DNA from: Candidatus Methanomethylicia archaeon
Lineage (GTDB): Archaea > Thermoproteota > Methanomethylicia > Culexarchaeales > Culexarchaeaceae
Direction of reading: 5' to 3'
DNA: 64,000 bases
Assembly: GCA_038727515.1 (NCBI GenBank)
Contig: JAVYVS010000001.1
Location: forward strand, 256,001 to 320,000
The stretch's first letter is position 1. The number at the start of each line of letters is the position of its first letter. A program made the position numbers and the translations under genes. Of the stretch, positions 1 to 9,705 are shown piece after piece. Under the pieces are notes generated by a model, which ran no database searches, was not told the DNA's origin, and saw only the letters and a program-made list of their open reading frames with translations.

Positions 1-148
1 TTATAACCCCAAATACTAGTGATAGAAGAGCTCCTAAACCAGAGGCTATTCCAAGTTTAATATTCCATGGACGTTTAATCATTAAAATCCAAGTTAAGAC
101 AAATATGAGTATTGATGCAGCCTCCACATTAATCATTGAATACACCAT
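1..148 (-). CDS. ArsB/NhaD (IT superfamily) permease, N-terminal part only (runs off window start)
   Basis: Manual translation from ATG at 148: MVYSMINVEAASILIFVLTWILMIKRPWNIKLGIASGLGALLSLVFGVI, resembling the first two TM helices of ArsB-type pumps; not in ORF track. Confidence 0.65.
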   Translation of the reverse strand, partial: MVYSMINVEAASILIFVLTWILMIKRPWNIKLGIASGLGALLSLVFGVI

Positions 149-296
149 TTTAGTAGCATTAAAACAATGTGTATATAAAATTAATTAAGTAATGTATGAG
201 AAATACAATTATCATTGTTTTTGGAGGGTAAAGATTTTATACTTGTTAAATCCAAATATTGTTAAGTGACATATAAGTATTGGAGGTGAAGCATGA

Positions 297-647
297 ATGT
301 CTAAAGCTAAGAAAGAAGCTCAAGTGGCTGGGGAGCCGACAACGCAGAAGTCTGCAGCAGCATCAGAGAGGAGACCTATGTTGAGTAATGTTATACTTGT
401 GGGTAAAAAGCCAATAATGAATTACGTATTGGCATGTATAACGCAGCTTAGTGGTGCAGGAAAAGAAATTGAAATAAAGGCTAGGGGAAGAGCTATAAGT
501 AGAGCTGTGGATATAGTGGAAATATTACGTAATAGATTTATAACGGATCTCAAAGTTAAAAACATTGAGATAGGCACAGAAACTGTGACTGCACAAGACG
601 GCTCCCAAGTCAATGTGAGTGCAATAACCATAAAAATATCAAGATAG
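297..647 (+). CDS. albA: DNA/RNA-binding chromatin protein Alba
   Basis: VGKKPIMNYV, KARGRAISRAVD and VSAITI motifs; GGAGGTGA ribosome-binding site at 282-289. Confidence 0.95.
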   Translation: MSKAKKEAQVAGEPTTQKSAAASERRPMLSNVILVGKKPIMNYVLACITQLSGAGKEIEIKARGRAISRAVDIVEILRNRFITDLKVKNIEIGTETVTAQDGSQVNVSAITIKISR

Positions 648-760
648 AGGGGGTTTCCAGCACAAAATAAATCCCCTCCCTTTATCTTTTGATTTAAATC
701 CCTATTTACAGCAAAGTTTTTCTATTAGTATTGTTTAGTATCCATTGTTTGGCGGTTTAA

Positions 761-1375
761 ATGGATGTCAGTGTAGAAGAATATCTTGGAATGATTGAAA
801 ACTTTATATCATACCTAGAAGCTGTAAGGAAAGAACTACCTGAAGACGCTCAAATTTGGGTTGAAGAATACTATAAGAAGCTTTCAGAGAGTTATGATAA
901 AGCTAAGGAGACTGGAGATCCAAGGATAATTGCCATGTGTATGTCGATGATTAGAGAAATTATTGGGAAATTAGTTTATGAAACTATTACTGAAACCAGC
1001 CCACCAAAAAGATTTGCTGCCAATATCATGAGGAATTTAGGTTATGATGTTAAGTGGGTTAATGAGGAGGATATGGACTTACCTTTTGATTTAATAGCCT
1101 TTAAGGATGGTGGATTATACCTTATTAGTGTTAAATATTCTGAAGATGGTGAATCCAAAGGATTCTCAAATACTTGGACTGGAGAAATGAAATATTTCTG
1201 TAATAGGTTAAATGCTCAACCACTCGTACTATTGATATGTAGAGATAGTGAAGGTTTTGGAGCTGTATTCATGGTACCATTAATTGAAGATGTAACATTC
1301 CATGAAACTAGAGTTTTCGATATGGAGAAATTAAATGATAAAATGGATAGGTTAATGCAATTGTTAAAACCCTAA
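761..1375 (+). CDS. Hypothetical protein with C-terminal PD-(D/E)XK (Hjc/Mrr-like) fold
   Basis: LGYDVKW...PFDLIAFKDGGLYLISVK resembles the nuclease core D-x(n)-ExK, with S in place of E. Confidence 0.5.
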   Translation: MDVSVEEYLGMIENFISYLEAVRKELPEDAQIWVEEYYKKLSESYDKAKETGDPRIIAMCMSMIREIIGKLVYETITETSPPKRFAANIMRNLGYDVKWVNEEDMDLPFDLIAFKDGGLYLISVKYSEDGESKGFSNTWTGEMKYFCNRLNAQPLVLLICRDSEGFGAVFMVPLIEDVTFHETRVFDMEKLNDKMDRLMQLLKP

Positions 1376-1495
1376 ATACAAACTATTTTTTAATGTAAGT
1401 AGCCTATTACTGGGAGATAAAAATTCTTTATATACATTAATAACAATAACTAAATTATTGGTATTAATGAATATTGTTATGGTGGTGCTGAATTA

Positions 1496-2314
1496 TTGAG
1501 TGAAGAAGAAATTTCAAATATCTATCAAGTTTTAAGTAACCCCATTAGGAGGAAGATTATTGAGATTTTAGGTGCTCGTGGAAGTGCTGGTTTAAGAGAA
1601 CTTATGGATAATCTAGGTGTAAGTGCTGGAAGCGTATATTATAATATTGAGCTTCTAGGAGATTTAGTTAGGAGAGAGGGGGATAAAAGATTCATCTTAA
1701 CTGAGAAGGGTTGGATGGCTTATAGATTGTTAATGGATGGTAAAGAGAAATTTTCTGAAATGAAGTATTATTCTAGGAGATTTATATCCTTAAAAACTAG
1801 ATCTAGAATTTCAACAATACTATTTCCAAAATGGTTTTTCCTAGCTTTATTTGAAGATAAAATACTTAGAGTGGTAATACCAGTAATAACTTTAGTCTTC
1901 GGCTTTATAACTTGTTATAAAACTAATGTTGAACTTATACTATTTTCCACTTCTTACAAGCCTTTACAAGAACAGTGGATTACAGCTATTAAATTTCTAG
2001 CTTCTTGGGTAATCATATACTTCTCTTTAGAAGTATTATCATTAATTATTCATGGTAGAAGTGGTGGTAGAGGATTACTATTACTTGGATTAAGTATCTC
2101 AACACTTCCACTACTAGCAATACCATACATAATGATAGCCAACATAAACAATATAATCCAAGGAATAATAATACTAATACTACAGCTTGCATCATGCATA
2201 CTTCTATCTACCGCTATAAGTGCATCGAAAAACATAAACTTAGAAAGAGCTTTTCTAATGGCTGTATTAATAGTTTATTTGAATATTACTTTAAATGTTA
2301 TCTTTAGATTTTAA
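1496..2314 (+). CDS. ArsR-type winged-HTH protein fused to a multi-TM C-terminal domain
   Basis: LSNPIRRKIIEIL...SAGSVYYNI wHTH followed by about 5 hydrophobic helices. Confidence 0.8.
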   Translation: MSEEEISNIYQVLSNPIRRKIIEILGARGSAGLRELMDNLGVSAGSVYYNIELLGDLVRREGDKRFILTEKGWMAYRLLMDGKEKFSEMKYYSRRFISLKTRSRISTILFPKWFFLALFEDKILRVVIPVITLVFGFITCYKTNVELILFSTSYKPLQEQWITAIKFLASWVIIYFSLEVLSLIIHGRSGGRGLLLLGLSISTLPLLAIPYIMIANINNIIQGIIILILQLASCILLSTAISASKNINLERAFLMAVLIVYLNITLNVIFRF

Positions 2315-2805
2315 CTTTTACTAATGAGTTTTAATGCTAATTCAAGTATCATCCTACACTCTAATTCACCTATAACTTCCCCGTCACTTGAGACTATACC
2401 AATGACATCCACATTATATCTAACCATTTCCCTCATTGCATCTACTATCGTTGCATCTTCAGGTACAGTTACAAGTTTATCTGCAAAATCCATTGCACGC
2501 ACCCCTAAAGCCTCCCTAACTTCTACTTCTATTTCACCCATAAGGTCCTTTAATTCCCTTGTTTTGAGAAGTATCCATTTAAATAGTTTATATATGGATA
2601 TCATCCCAATGGGTTTCCCATCTTTAGCAACAAAGAACGTTTTTCTTCCAGGGGTGTATGATGCTATTTCAATGAGCTTCCATATTGGTGTTTCAGCATC
2701 AATAACATCTCTTATAGGCGTCATGTAATCTTTTGCAAATAACCCTTTTAAATCTTCAAGTAATATGGATATAACTCTCATACCCTCATTCATGTAGATA
2801 ACCAT
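2311..2805 (-). CDS. CBS domain protein
   Basis: AKDYMTP, GKPIGMIS and TVPEDATIVDAMREM...VIGEL tandem CBS pair. Confidence 0.85.
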   Translation of the reverse strand: MVIYMNEGMRVISILLEDLKGLFAKDYMTPIRDVIDAETPIWKLIEIASYTPGRKTFFVAKDGKPIGMISIYKLFKWILLKTRELKDLMGEIEVEVREALGVRAMDFADKLVTVPEDATIVDAMREMVRYNVDVIGIVSSDGEVIGELECRMILELALKLISKS

Positions 2806-2849
2806 TAATACTTATATTTGACCATGTATATAAAGCCTTATGGATTCAG

Positions 2850-4256
2850 ATGATTGTGGGTAGGCAGAGTAGGGTGAATTCAAAGTTTAGAGCTTTACTC
2901 TTCTCTCCAATAATTACATTGACATTTGGTTATATTCTCGGTTTTGATGTGAAACAAATAATTGCTTTATCTGCCTTTGTAATAACTGTTTTAGGCGCAT
3001 TCCTATATTGGCAGTATAAATTGGTGATAGCATTTGTTAGTGTTGTTATCCTATTTGTAATGGGGGTTATTGATGTTGAAACCTTCATAAAATCTGCTGA
3101 ATTCAATATAATACTATTTCTTGTGGCTATTAGCATTCTTGTGGCACCACTTAAACGTGTAGGCTTCTTTAGATGGTTTTCAACTATGATTCTAAGTATG
3201 TGTAAATTTAATTTTAAGTGGTTTCTTCTCCCAATGTCCTTTGCCGCTATGTTTTTTGCATGTTTAATGGATGAAGTATCTTCAATAATATTCATGTCTA
3301 CAATAATGCTTGAAGTTGCACAATACTTTGAATTTAACCCTACCCTCTCCCTACTACTAATAATAATGTCTACAAATATTGGTAGTAGTGGTACAGCCCT
3401 TGGAAATCCTGTTGGTTTAATAATTGCCTTTGAAGCTGGATTAAAATTCAGTGAATTTTTAAGGTGGAGTATGCCCATAGGAATATTAAGTGTAGCTATA
3501 CTATACTGGTATTTTACTCGAAAGAGAGTAGACTATATTTCCAGTGTTCAATCATCTATAGATAAAGTTATTAGTGAACGTGGCGTAGTTTTAGATCTTG
3601 CTTCACTTATTGGTGATTTTAAAAAGTTTCTCATGGCTACAATAATATTCATATTTACAGTGATTGGTGTTGCTTCACATGGATATTGGGAGCATATTTT
3701 AGGTTTAGAGGATGGCACTATGCTTTTAGGCTTCGGCTTCCTTGGAGCTGCTGCTGCACTCATCATGTATCGTGAAGAAGCCAAAGAAATCGTAGAAGGT
3801 GAAGTGGATTGGTGGAGCTTACTATTCATAGCTTTCATACTTGGTGAAGCTGGAGCATTAAAATATACTGGTGTAACTGTGAAACTTGCAAGTATGATAA
3901 TGAATTTAACTGGTGGAAGCGAAATACTACTATTCACATTAGTCTCCCTATTTACTTTCTCACTTTCACCATTCATAGACAATATATCTATAGTGGCAAC
4001 TTTAACTCCAATAGTCTTATCACTTAAAACTTATATAAACGTCTACCCAGTTTGGTGGATTATGTTGATCTCAGCATGCTATGCCGGTAATATAACACCC
4101 TTAGGTGCCGCTGCAAACATTATAGCTTTAGGACAATTAAACTCTATGGGTATGAATGTTGAATTGAAGGAATGGATTAGGGAATGTACAATACCAACCA
4201 TTATAGTATATGGTACTGGATTCATCCTGCTACTAACCCAATTCTTCCTCCTTTAA
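2850..4256 (+). CDS. SLC13/ArsB/NhaD family permease
   Basis: Multi-TM protein with MDEVSSI, STNIGSSGTALGNP, IDNI and GNITPLGAAANI motifs. Confidence 0.9.
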   Translation: MIVGRQSRVNSKFRALLFSPIITLTFGYILGFDVKQIIALSAFVITVLGAFLYWQYKLVIAFVSVVILFVMGVIDVETFIKSAEFNIILFLVAISILVAPLKRVGFFRWFSTMILSMCKFNFKWFLLPMSFAAMFFACLMDEVSSIIFMSTIMLEVAQYFEFNPTLSLLLIIMSTNIGSSGTALGNPVGLIIAFEAGLKFSEFLRWSMPIGILSVAILYWYFTRKRVDYISSVQSSIDKVISERGVVLDLASLIGDFKKFLMATIIFIFTVIGVASHGYWEHILGLEDGTMLLGFGFLGAAAALIMYREEAKEIVEGEVDWWSLLFIAFILGEAGALKYTGVTVKLASMIMNLTGGSEILLFTLVSLFTFSLSPFIDNISIVATLTPIVLSLKTYINVYPVWWIMLISACYAGNITPLGAAANIIALGQLNSMGMNVELKEWIRECTIPTIIVYGTGFILLLTQFFLL

Positions 4257-5090
4257 CTTCCAAATCCTCCTACCATCAACTTCCTCTTCATATACTAAAC
4301 CCTTATTCCTTAAACAATTTAATGTTGCAACTACTTGAGGTATTTTCCAACCTGTTCTCTCAGCCATTTCACTCACACTAACACCATTCTTTACTTTCTT
4401 CAATTCTTTAATGATAATTTCACATCTTATCCTACGAATCCAAGATTTAGATATTTGATACCTCTTCATGGCTATTGATATTTGTTGTGGATTTACAGCA
4501 TATATAGCCTTTCCACTTCCAGCAATTCTAGATACAACCATTATTTTTCCCGAACTTTTTAGCTTCGATATACACCATCTTATAGTTCTATGTGGATATA
4601 CACCCTTTAAAGCATCCAAAATTTCTTCTGCTGTTAAAGGAGTATTCCTCAACATATCAAGTATCCTTTCTTCACATTCCGAAACTACTCTTCTCGGAGT
4701 TCTACGTTCAGCTACATCCGTCTTAGAATTTAATTCTACACTTACACCTTCACCCATCACTATTTTAGGTATATTCTCCATCCCCCCTTCATCCACTATT
4801 ACAATCCCATTTAAAGCTGATAATTGAAGGATTTTCAATGGAATTTTAAAGCCTCCAACAACCAGTATACATGTGTAACCATTCTTAACAGTTAAATCTT
4901 GACATGCTGCGAATTTCTCCCATAAATCCCCTATTTCCTCACAACATAAGATTACCGTATTATATTCTTGTATATAGAAATCCACATTCCATTCCAACCC
5001 CCCTCTCAAAACAACCTTTTCCTTGAAGTTTAAATTATGATTTTTCAGAATCCTTTTAACCCTAGTTCTAACTCTACTCCTTATTTTCAC
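4233..5090 (-). CDS. Hypothetical protein: N-terminal restriction-endonuclease-like fold plus two winged-HTH domains
   Basis: VDFYI..VILC N-terminal core; PLTAEEILDAL...TIRWCISKLKSSGKI and GVSVSEMAERTGW...LRNKGLV wHTH signatures. Confidence 0.55.
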   Translation of the reverse strand: MKIRSRVRTRVKRILKNHNLNFKEKVVLRGGLEWNVDFYIQEYNTVILCCEEIGDLWEKFAACQDLTVKNGYTCILVVGGFKIPLKILQLSALNGIVIVDEGGMENIPKIVMGEGVSVELNSKTDVAERRTPRRVVSECEERILDMLRNTPLTAEEILDALKGVYPHRTIRWCISKLKSSGKIMVVSRIAGSGKAIYAVNPQQISIAMKRYQISKSWIRRIRCEIIIKELKKVKNGVSVSEMAERTGWKIPQVVATLNCLRNKGLVYEEEVDGRRIWKLKEEELG

Positions 5091-5831
5091 GTATACGTGT
5101 ATTATGAAATTAGTAAATAACTTTTTCCATTAAATACAAAAAACTTATGATACATCACAAATAATAAATGATAGTTGTAAACTAGATACATTGTTCAAAT
5201 CCCATGATAAACACATAACTGTAGAATTCAATGGGTCTTTCCACTGTTTTTCAACAAAAATCAGATTTTTAATTATAAATTAAACTTTAGAAATCCAAAT
5301 ACTCAAATTTGAAATTTTCGTTAAAATTTTATTTAGTACATTAGAAATTAAACTATAAATATCGTAATTTACTCGTTTCTTATTAGAATCCGATTGGATT
5401 CATAAATCCTAGTTTAATTCCCAACATAGAATAATTTATCAAATTGAACCAACTCTATTTAAAGATCTTCAAAGAAGTTATTATTTGAAATGTTAATGTT
5501 CAAATCTTATTATTCACAAAACTAACCTTTAGTAAAACTATTAACTTATAATTCCCCCTATGAAATTCTTATTGATTGAATACTAAAACGTAAGAATAAA
5601 GGGGTTGAAAATTTATGTTCTTAGTATTATTTCTCATGTTGACAGTTGGTAATTAGCGTTTAAGTCTGTAGTTTTGATGTAACATATATTTATTGAAGCG
5701 TCTTCTACACAAGCCTCCATGAAATAGCTTTTCTTGAGCATTAAATTGGTGTCTATGGGAACTTTCAATGTTACTAGAAGTTTAGCTTATGGCTGAATGA
5801 CCCAAATGAAAACCGACAAAAGACCCCTTAA

Positions 5832-5845
5832 ATCAGTATACTGAT
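5832..5845. promoter_or_regulatory. Perfect 14-bp palindrome ATCAGTATACTGAT, candidate recombinase binding/crossover site or operator
   Basis: Seen directly, about 60 bp upstream of the likely recombinase start; central TATA. Confidence 0.4.
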
Positions 5846-5849
5846 AAAA

Positions 5850-6542
5850 GTGTTTGGTAAAGGATATATATCTATGGTTTATAGATGTAAGTGTAGTGGT
5901 TTTATGTCTGTGGGTATTGCTTATGTTAGGGTTAGTAGAGTTGAGCTTGATGAAGAGAATCAAATTAACGCTATAAATCATTTTGCAGCTTCTAGAGGGA
6001 TTAAATTGGTGAAGATATATGTGGATAAGGGGGTTACAGGAGTTAAGAGTTTTAAGAATCGTGAAGCAGCTAATCAACTACTGGAGGAATTACCAGTTAC
6101 AAAACCAGAGGTTTTATTGGTTTTTGCAATAGACCGTATTGGGAGGGATATGAGGGATACCTTAAACACAATATTGGAATTGGAGGAAATGGGGATAAAG
6201 GTGATAAGTGTAAAGGAAGAGTGGCTTCAAACCCTAGATCAAAACATCCGTAAACTTGTGTTGAGCATTTTGAGTTGGGTTGCAGAATTTGAACGTAGAA
6301 GGCTTAGGGAGAGGCAGATGGCGGCTTGGGAGGCTGGAAAACAGAAGGGGCGTCCCCAAAAAAACTTACCCTACAAGGAAATTTTGAAGAGGCTTGAGGC
6401 TGGATGGAGTAAAAAGGCTGTTTGGAGGTGGCTTATAACTGATAGAAAGATAAATATAAGTTACGACCACTACTTGAGAAAGTTAAAGAAGTACATGGAG
6501 GAAAATAAGATAATTGAAAAGAGAATGTTGGTGAAGGAATAG
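5850..6542 (+). CDS. Small serine recombinase (resolvase/invertase family); probable start ATG 5904
   Basis: AYVRVS catalytic Ser motif, IDRIGR, AEFERRRLRER, KGRP hinge and C-terminal HTH. Confidence 0.92.
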   Translation: MFGKGYISMVYRCKCSGFMSVGIAYVRVSRVELDEENQINAINHFAASRGIKLVKIYVDKGVTGVKSFKNREAANQLLEELPVTKPEVLLVFAIDRIGRDMRDTLNTILELEEMGIKVISVKEEWLQTLDQNIRKLVLSILSWVAEFERRRLRERQMAAWEAGKQKGRPQKNLPYKEILKRLEAGWSKKAVWRWLITDRKINISYDHYLRKLKKYMEENKIIEKRMLVKE

Positions 6543-6780
6543 GTAAATGCTATTTCGATAATTGTTTAGTGGATTAATTTGTTCATCTAATAAATATTGA
6601 AGTTGTGTGGAAACTGGAATTCAGAGAAATGAATTTAAAAATGTATCTAACTTATAATTCTAAATTATTTGTTTATAGGCTTCATAGTTTTGTTGGCATA
6701 AAGTAGTATTTGTGAATTTGTTAACACGTATTTATGAGATAAATTTAAAAATAAATTGTATATAGATGTTGGGTTAGAGG

Positions 6781-7008
6781 TTGTTGCTTATGGAAAATGC
6801 TGAACTTGAGAGGTTTATCATTGAAACCATAGGTTCAACTGGTAGAGTTACTAAGCAATATTATGAACATGAAATAGAAGTTCTTGATCCTATAAACTTT
6901 CCATGGTATAGAATTATAGAGATTCTCACTAGCTTAGATTATGAGCTAAGCATCATTAGGAGAAATGATGTAATAGTGGTTAGATTTATAACGAAACCAA
7001 AATATTAA
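6781..7008 (+). CDS. Hypothetical small protein
   Basis: 75-aa ORF with host-like codon usage and an AT-rich upstream region. Confidence 0.6.
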   Translation: MLLMENAELERFIIETIGSTGRVTKQYYEHEIEVLDPINFPWYRIIEILTSLDYELSIIRRNDVIVVRFITKPKY

Positions 7009-7043
7009 ATTCATAAATAAATGTTGAATTATGTTTAGATTGT

Positions 7044-8417
7044 TTATACAAAGTATAGTGCTCTAAGATAAGTTATTGCTGATGCAATTAAAAGAGTTGG
7101 TATACTCACTATGCTGCCAACTTTTAACCATTCTTTAAAGGATACTTTATGGGTGCGCTCAACAATGCCTATAGCAATAATGTTTGCTGTACTCCCTATT
7201 GGTGTGAGATTTCCCATATATGTACCGGAATAAAGCATAGACCACCAATATGGTAAAACGTTTAAACCAGCTTTTTTAAATCCTTCTACAATAGGTATAA
7301 GTGTAGCTACTGCAAGCACATTATCCATAACAGCAGTTAAAAATCCACCAATATATGTGAAAAATAGGTAGAATTCAAAGTTCTTTAAACCAGTTTTCAA
7401 AAAGCCTTCTATTAAGATATCTATAATTCCAACATACTTTAAAGTTCCTACAGAAGCAAATAAAGCTATGAAGAATAGGAGTGTCCACCAATCTACACGT
7501 TCAACAACAATATTTTTAGCTTTTTCAGTTTCCATCAATAGAATTAATCCAGCCATGAATAGTGAAGTTACAATGAGCATAATACCCTTTTCTAAATGTA
7601 GTAGATGCTCTATTGGGCTATGCAATACTAAAATTAGTAGAGTTATTGCGAAAATTGCGAAATTAAGAGTTTGTTTTTCACGACTATTACTTTCACTTAA
7701 AGTTTCACTTTCTTCAAATTTTAGAGAGTTTAGGTATTCACGATAGTATCTCGAGCAAATAGCTATCGTCAACAGTAATGAGAGAATAGCTACTGGAGTC
7801 GACCAATATAAGAAATCAATGAAGGAGAAGTTTCCCCTCAAAGCTACCATAACGCCTATTGGATTACCCACAACCGTAGCACTACTACCTATATTAGTAG
7901 CGAAAACAGTCATTAACATTAATGGTATAGGGCTTAAGTTTGATGCTAACGCTACTCGTAAAACTATTGCTGTAATAAAGAGTATTGATGTTACTTCATC
8001 AACAATAGCTGCAAATAAAAACGAAGAAAACATTAATGTAAGATAGATCCTAGTAGGTTTACCTCTACTAAACCTGACCAAAACATTTAAGATATATTCA
8101 AAGAATCCATGTTCTTCAAGGTATCCTATTATTATCATCATGCCCACTAGGAAGATTACTACATCAAGTGAAGAAAACTCAATAAAATGCTCTACATCCA
8201 AACATCCAGTTGCAAAAAGAATTGCAAGTCCAATGAGGGCAAATGCCACTCTGAACTTCCAAAAAAGTAAAGTAGCAGCTGTCTTAGCTACAAAAATAGT
8301 TACAGCTACATTTTGAATAAAGCTTAAATTTATTAGGTAGCAGATTATTGAAAAGGCCAATGTGATAATTATAAATGATAAAGTCTTAAACATTTCAATG
8401 TTTTTCACTAATTTCAT
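7044..8417 (-). CDS. SLC13/ArsB/NhaD family permease (paralog of 2850..4256)
   Basis: VDEVTSI, ATNIGSSATVVGNP, MDNV and GNLTPIGSTANI motifs. Confidence 0.9.
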   Translation of the reverse strand: MKLVKNIEMFKTLSFIIITLAFSIICYLINLSFIQNVAVTIFVAKTAATLLFWKFRVAFALIGLAILFATGCLDVEHFIEFSSLDVVIFLVGMMIIIGYLEEHGFFEYILNVLVRFSRGKPTRIYLTLMFSSFLFAAIVDEVTSILFITAIVLRVALASNLSPIPLMLMTVFATNIGSSATVVGNPIGVMVALRGNFSFIDFLYWSTPVAILSLLLTIAICSRYYREYLNSLKFEESETLSESNSREKQTLNFAIFAITLLILVLHSPIEHLLHLEKGIMLIVTSLFMAGLILLMETEKAKNIVVERVDWWTLLFFIALFASVGTLKYVGIIDILIEGFLKTGLKNFEFYLFFTYIGGFLTAVMDNVLAVATLIPIVEGFKKAGLNVLPYWWSMLYSGTYMGNLTPIGSTANIIAIGIVERTHKVSFKEWLKVGSIVSIPTLLIASAITYLRALYFV

Positions 8418-8581
8418 TGATTACACCCCCAAATCAAGTCCTTTATATTGGCTAAACCCTTTTAGCAATGCCCATATAAATATGTTTCTCAATAGGGTTA
8501 TGCAACCCTTTAATCAACTATCCATTTCATACTACAATTTTCATTTATTCCTTAACAATTTAAATGCTGAAAGGGGTAAAG

Positions 8582-9604
8582 TTAAAGTTTGACGGATAGT
8601 TTCAAACTCGTTTTAGCTGTTAACACTGATATTATTAATTGATATATGATTAATGTTACCACTATATCAATATGCTCTCCAAAGGTTAGTATTAGAATTG
8701 ATGGGAAAACCACTGATAACGTTAATAGTAGCGTTAATGCTATGGTTATATGAAATATTTCACGTACGATGTTTTTCACTGTTTTCACACATTCCTTTTG
8801 TGATAGAATCCAGTGATAAAATGCCACAATAACTCCTCCTACACAATTACCAATAGTTACTGGAAGGAGATTTGAATTCATGAAGTTTTTCCATTCTTCT
8901 ACTCCACCACCATTCAATATTATTGAAGCTGGAATTACCCACATATTGGCTATGGAGTGTTCAAATCCTATGGTTACAAAAGCAAATATTGGAAACCATA
9001 TTCCAAGAATCTTCCCAGAGGTATCTGATGCTCTTGCTGAAAGCCATATGGCTACGTTTACCAGTATATTGCATCCCAACCCTCTAAGTAATGCTTCTTG
9101 AAACGTTAAATTGAGTTTTGATTTTGAAATTAGATTTATACACTGCATAACATTTGAATTTGAAATTAATCCAGTGGCATAGGATAATAATTGTACTGCT
9201 ATTATTGAGCCTAGAAAATTACCATTATAACTCAAAATCCAATTATATATTAACTCCCTAAAACTTATTTTACCAAGTAGTTTTGGATATAAAATCAATT
9301 GAACATTTCCAGTCCACAATTCTGCTCCACCTATAACCACCATGATCAACCCTAAGGGGAAAACCGCCCCTAAAACCATTCTAAATATTGAGAAACTAGT
9401 ATTGGGATTAAAACTTGAAGCACATGTAACCGATAAAAGAAATCCAAGTGATATATAGATTCCAGCCATAATTGAAGCTATGAAAAGAGCTAAAAAATTC
9501 ATTCTAGCTTTTACAACCCCAGATTCCGCCAAAGACTCCACACTTTTACCAACATTATACGGTGCATTATAAGTTGACTCCACACTCCTCACCACATTAA
9601 CCAA
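8582..9604 (-). CDS. Formate/nitrite transporter (FNT) family channel
   Basis: AGIYISLG, GAELWTGN, GNFLGS, GCNILV and GFEHSIANM signatures; extra C-terminal TM helices. Confidence 0.93.
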   Translation of the reverse strand: MVNVVRSVESTYNAPYNVGKSVESLAESGVVKARMNFLALFIASIMAGIYISLGFLLSVTCASSFNPNTSFSIFRMVLGAVFPLGLIMVVIGGAELWTGNVQLILYPKLLGKISFRELIYNWILSYNGNFLGSIIAVQLLSYATGLISNSNVMQCINLISKSKLNLTFQEALLRGLGCNILVNVAIWLSARASDTSGKILGIWFPIFAFVTIGFEHSIANMWVIPASIILNGGGVEEWKNFMNSNLLPVTIGNCVGGVIVAFYHWILSQKECVKTVKNIVREIFHITIALTLLLTLSVVFPSILILTFGEHIDIVVTLIIYQLIISVLTAKTSLKLSVKL

Positions 9605-9705
9605 TCAAAACACGTTTAACCTTTACTATTAATATGCATTTCCAATTTAATTGTAAAGTTAATGATCACATTAACAATTGATTTATGGGAAGTGATTGTG
9701 AAAAT

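Noticed and set aside
5231-5250. ORB-like CAGTGGAAA in the AT-rich gap (possible replication origin)
   Set aside because: Single partial match, no G-string, no repeats and no cdc6/orc1 nearby
5850-6542. IS607 transposase assignment for the serine recombinase
   Set aside because: The HTH is C-terminal rather than N-terminal MerR-like, and no tnpB follows
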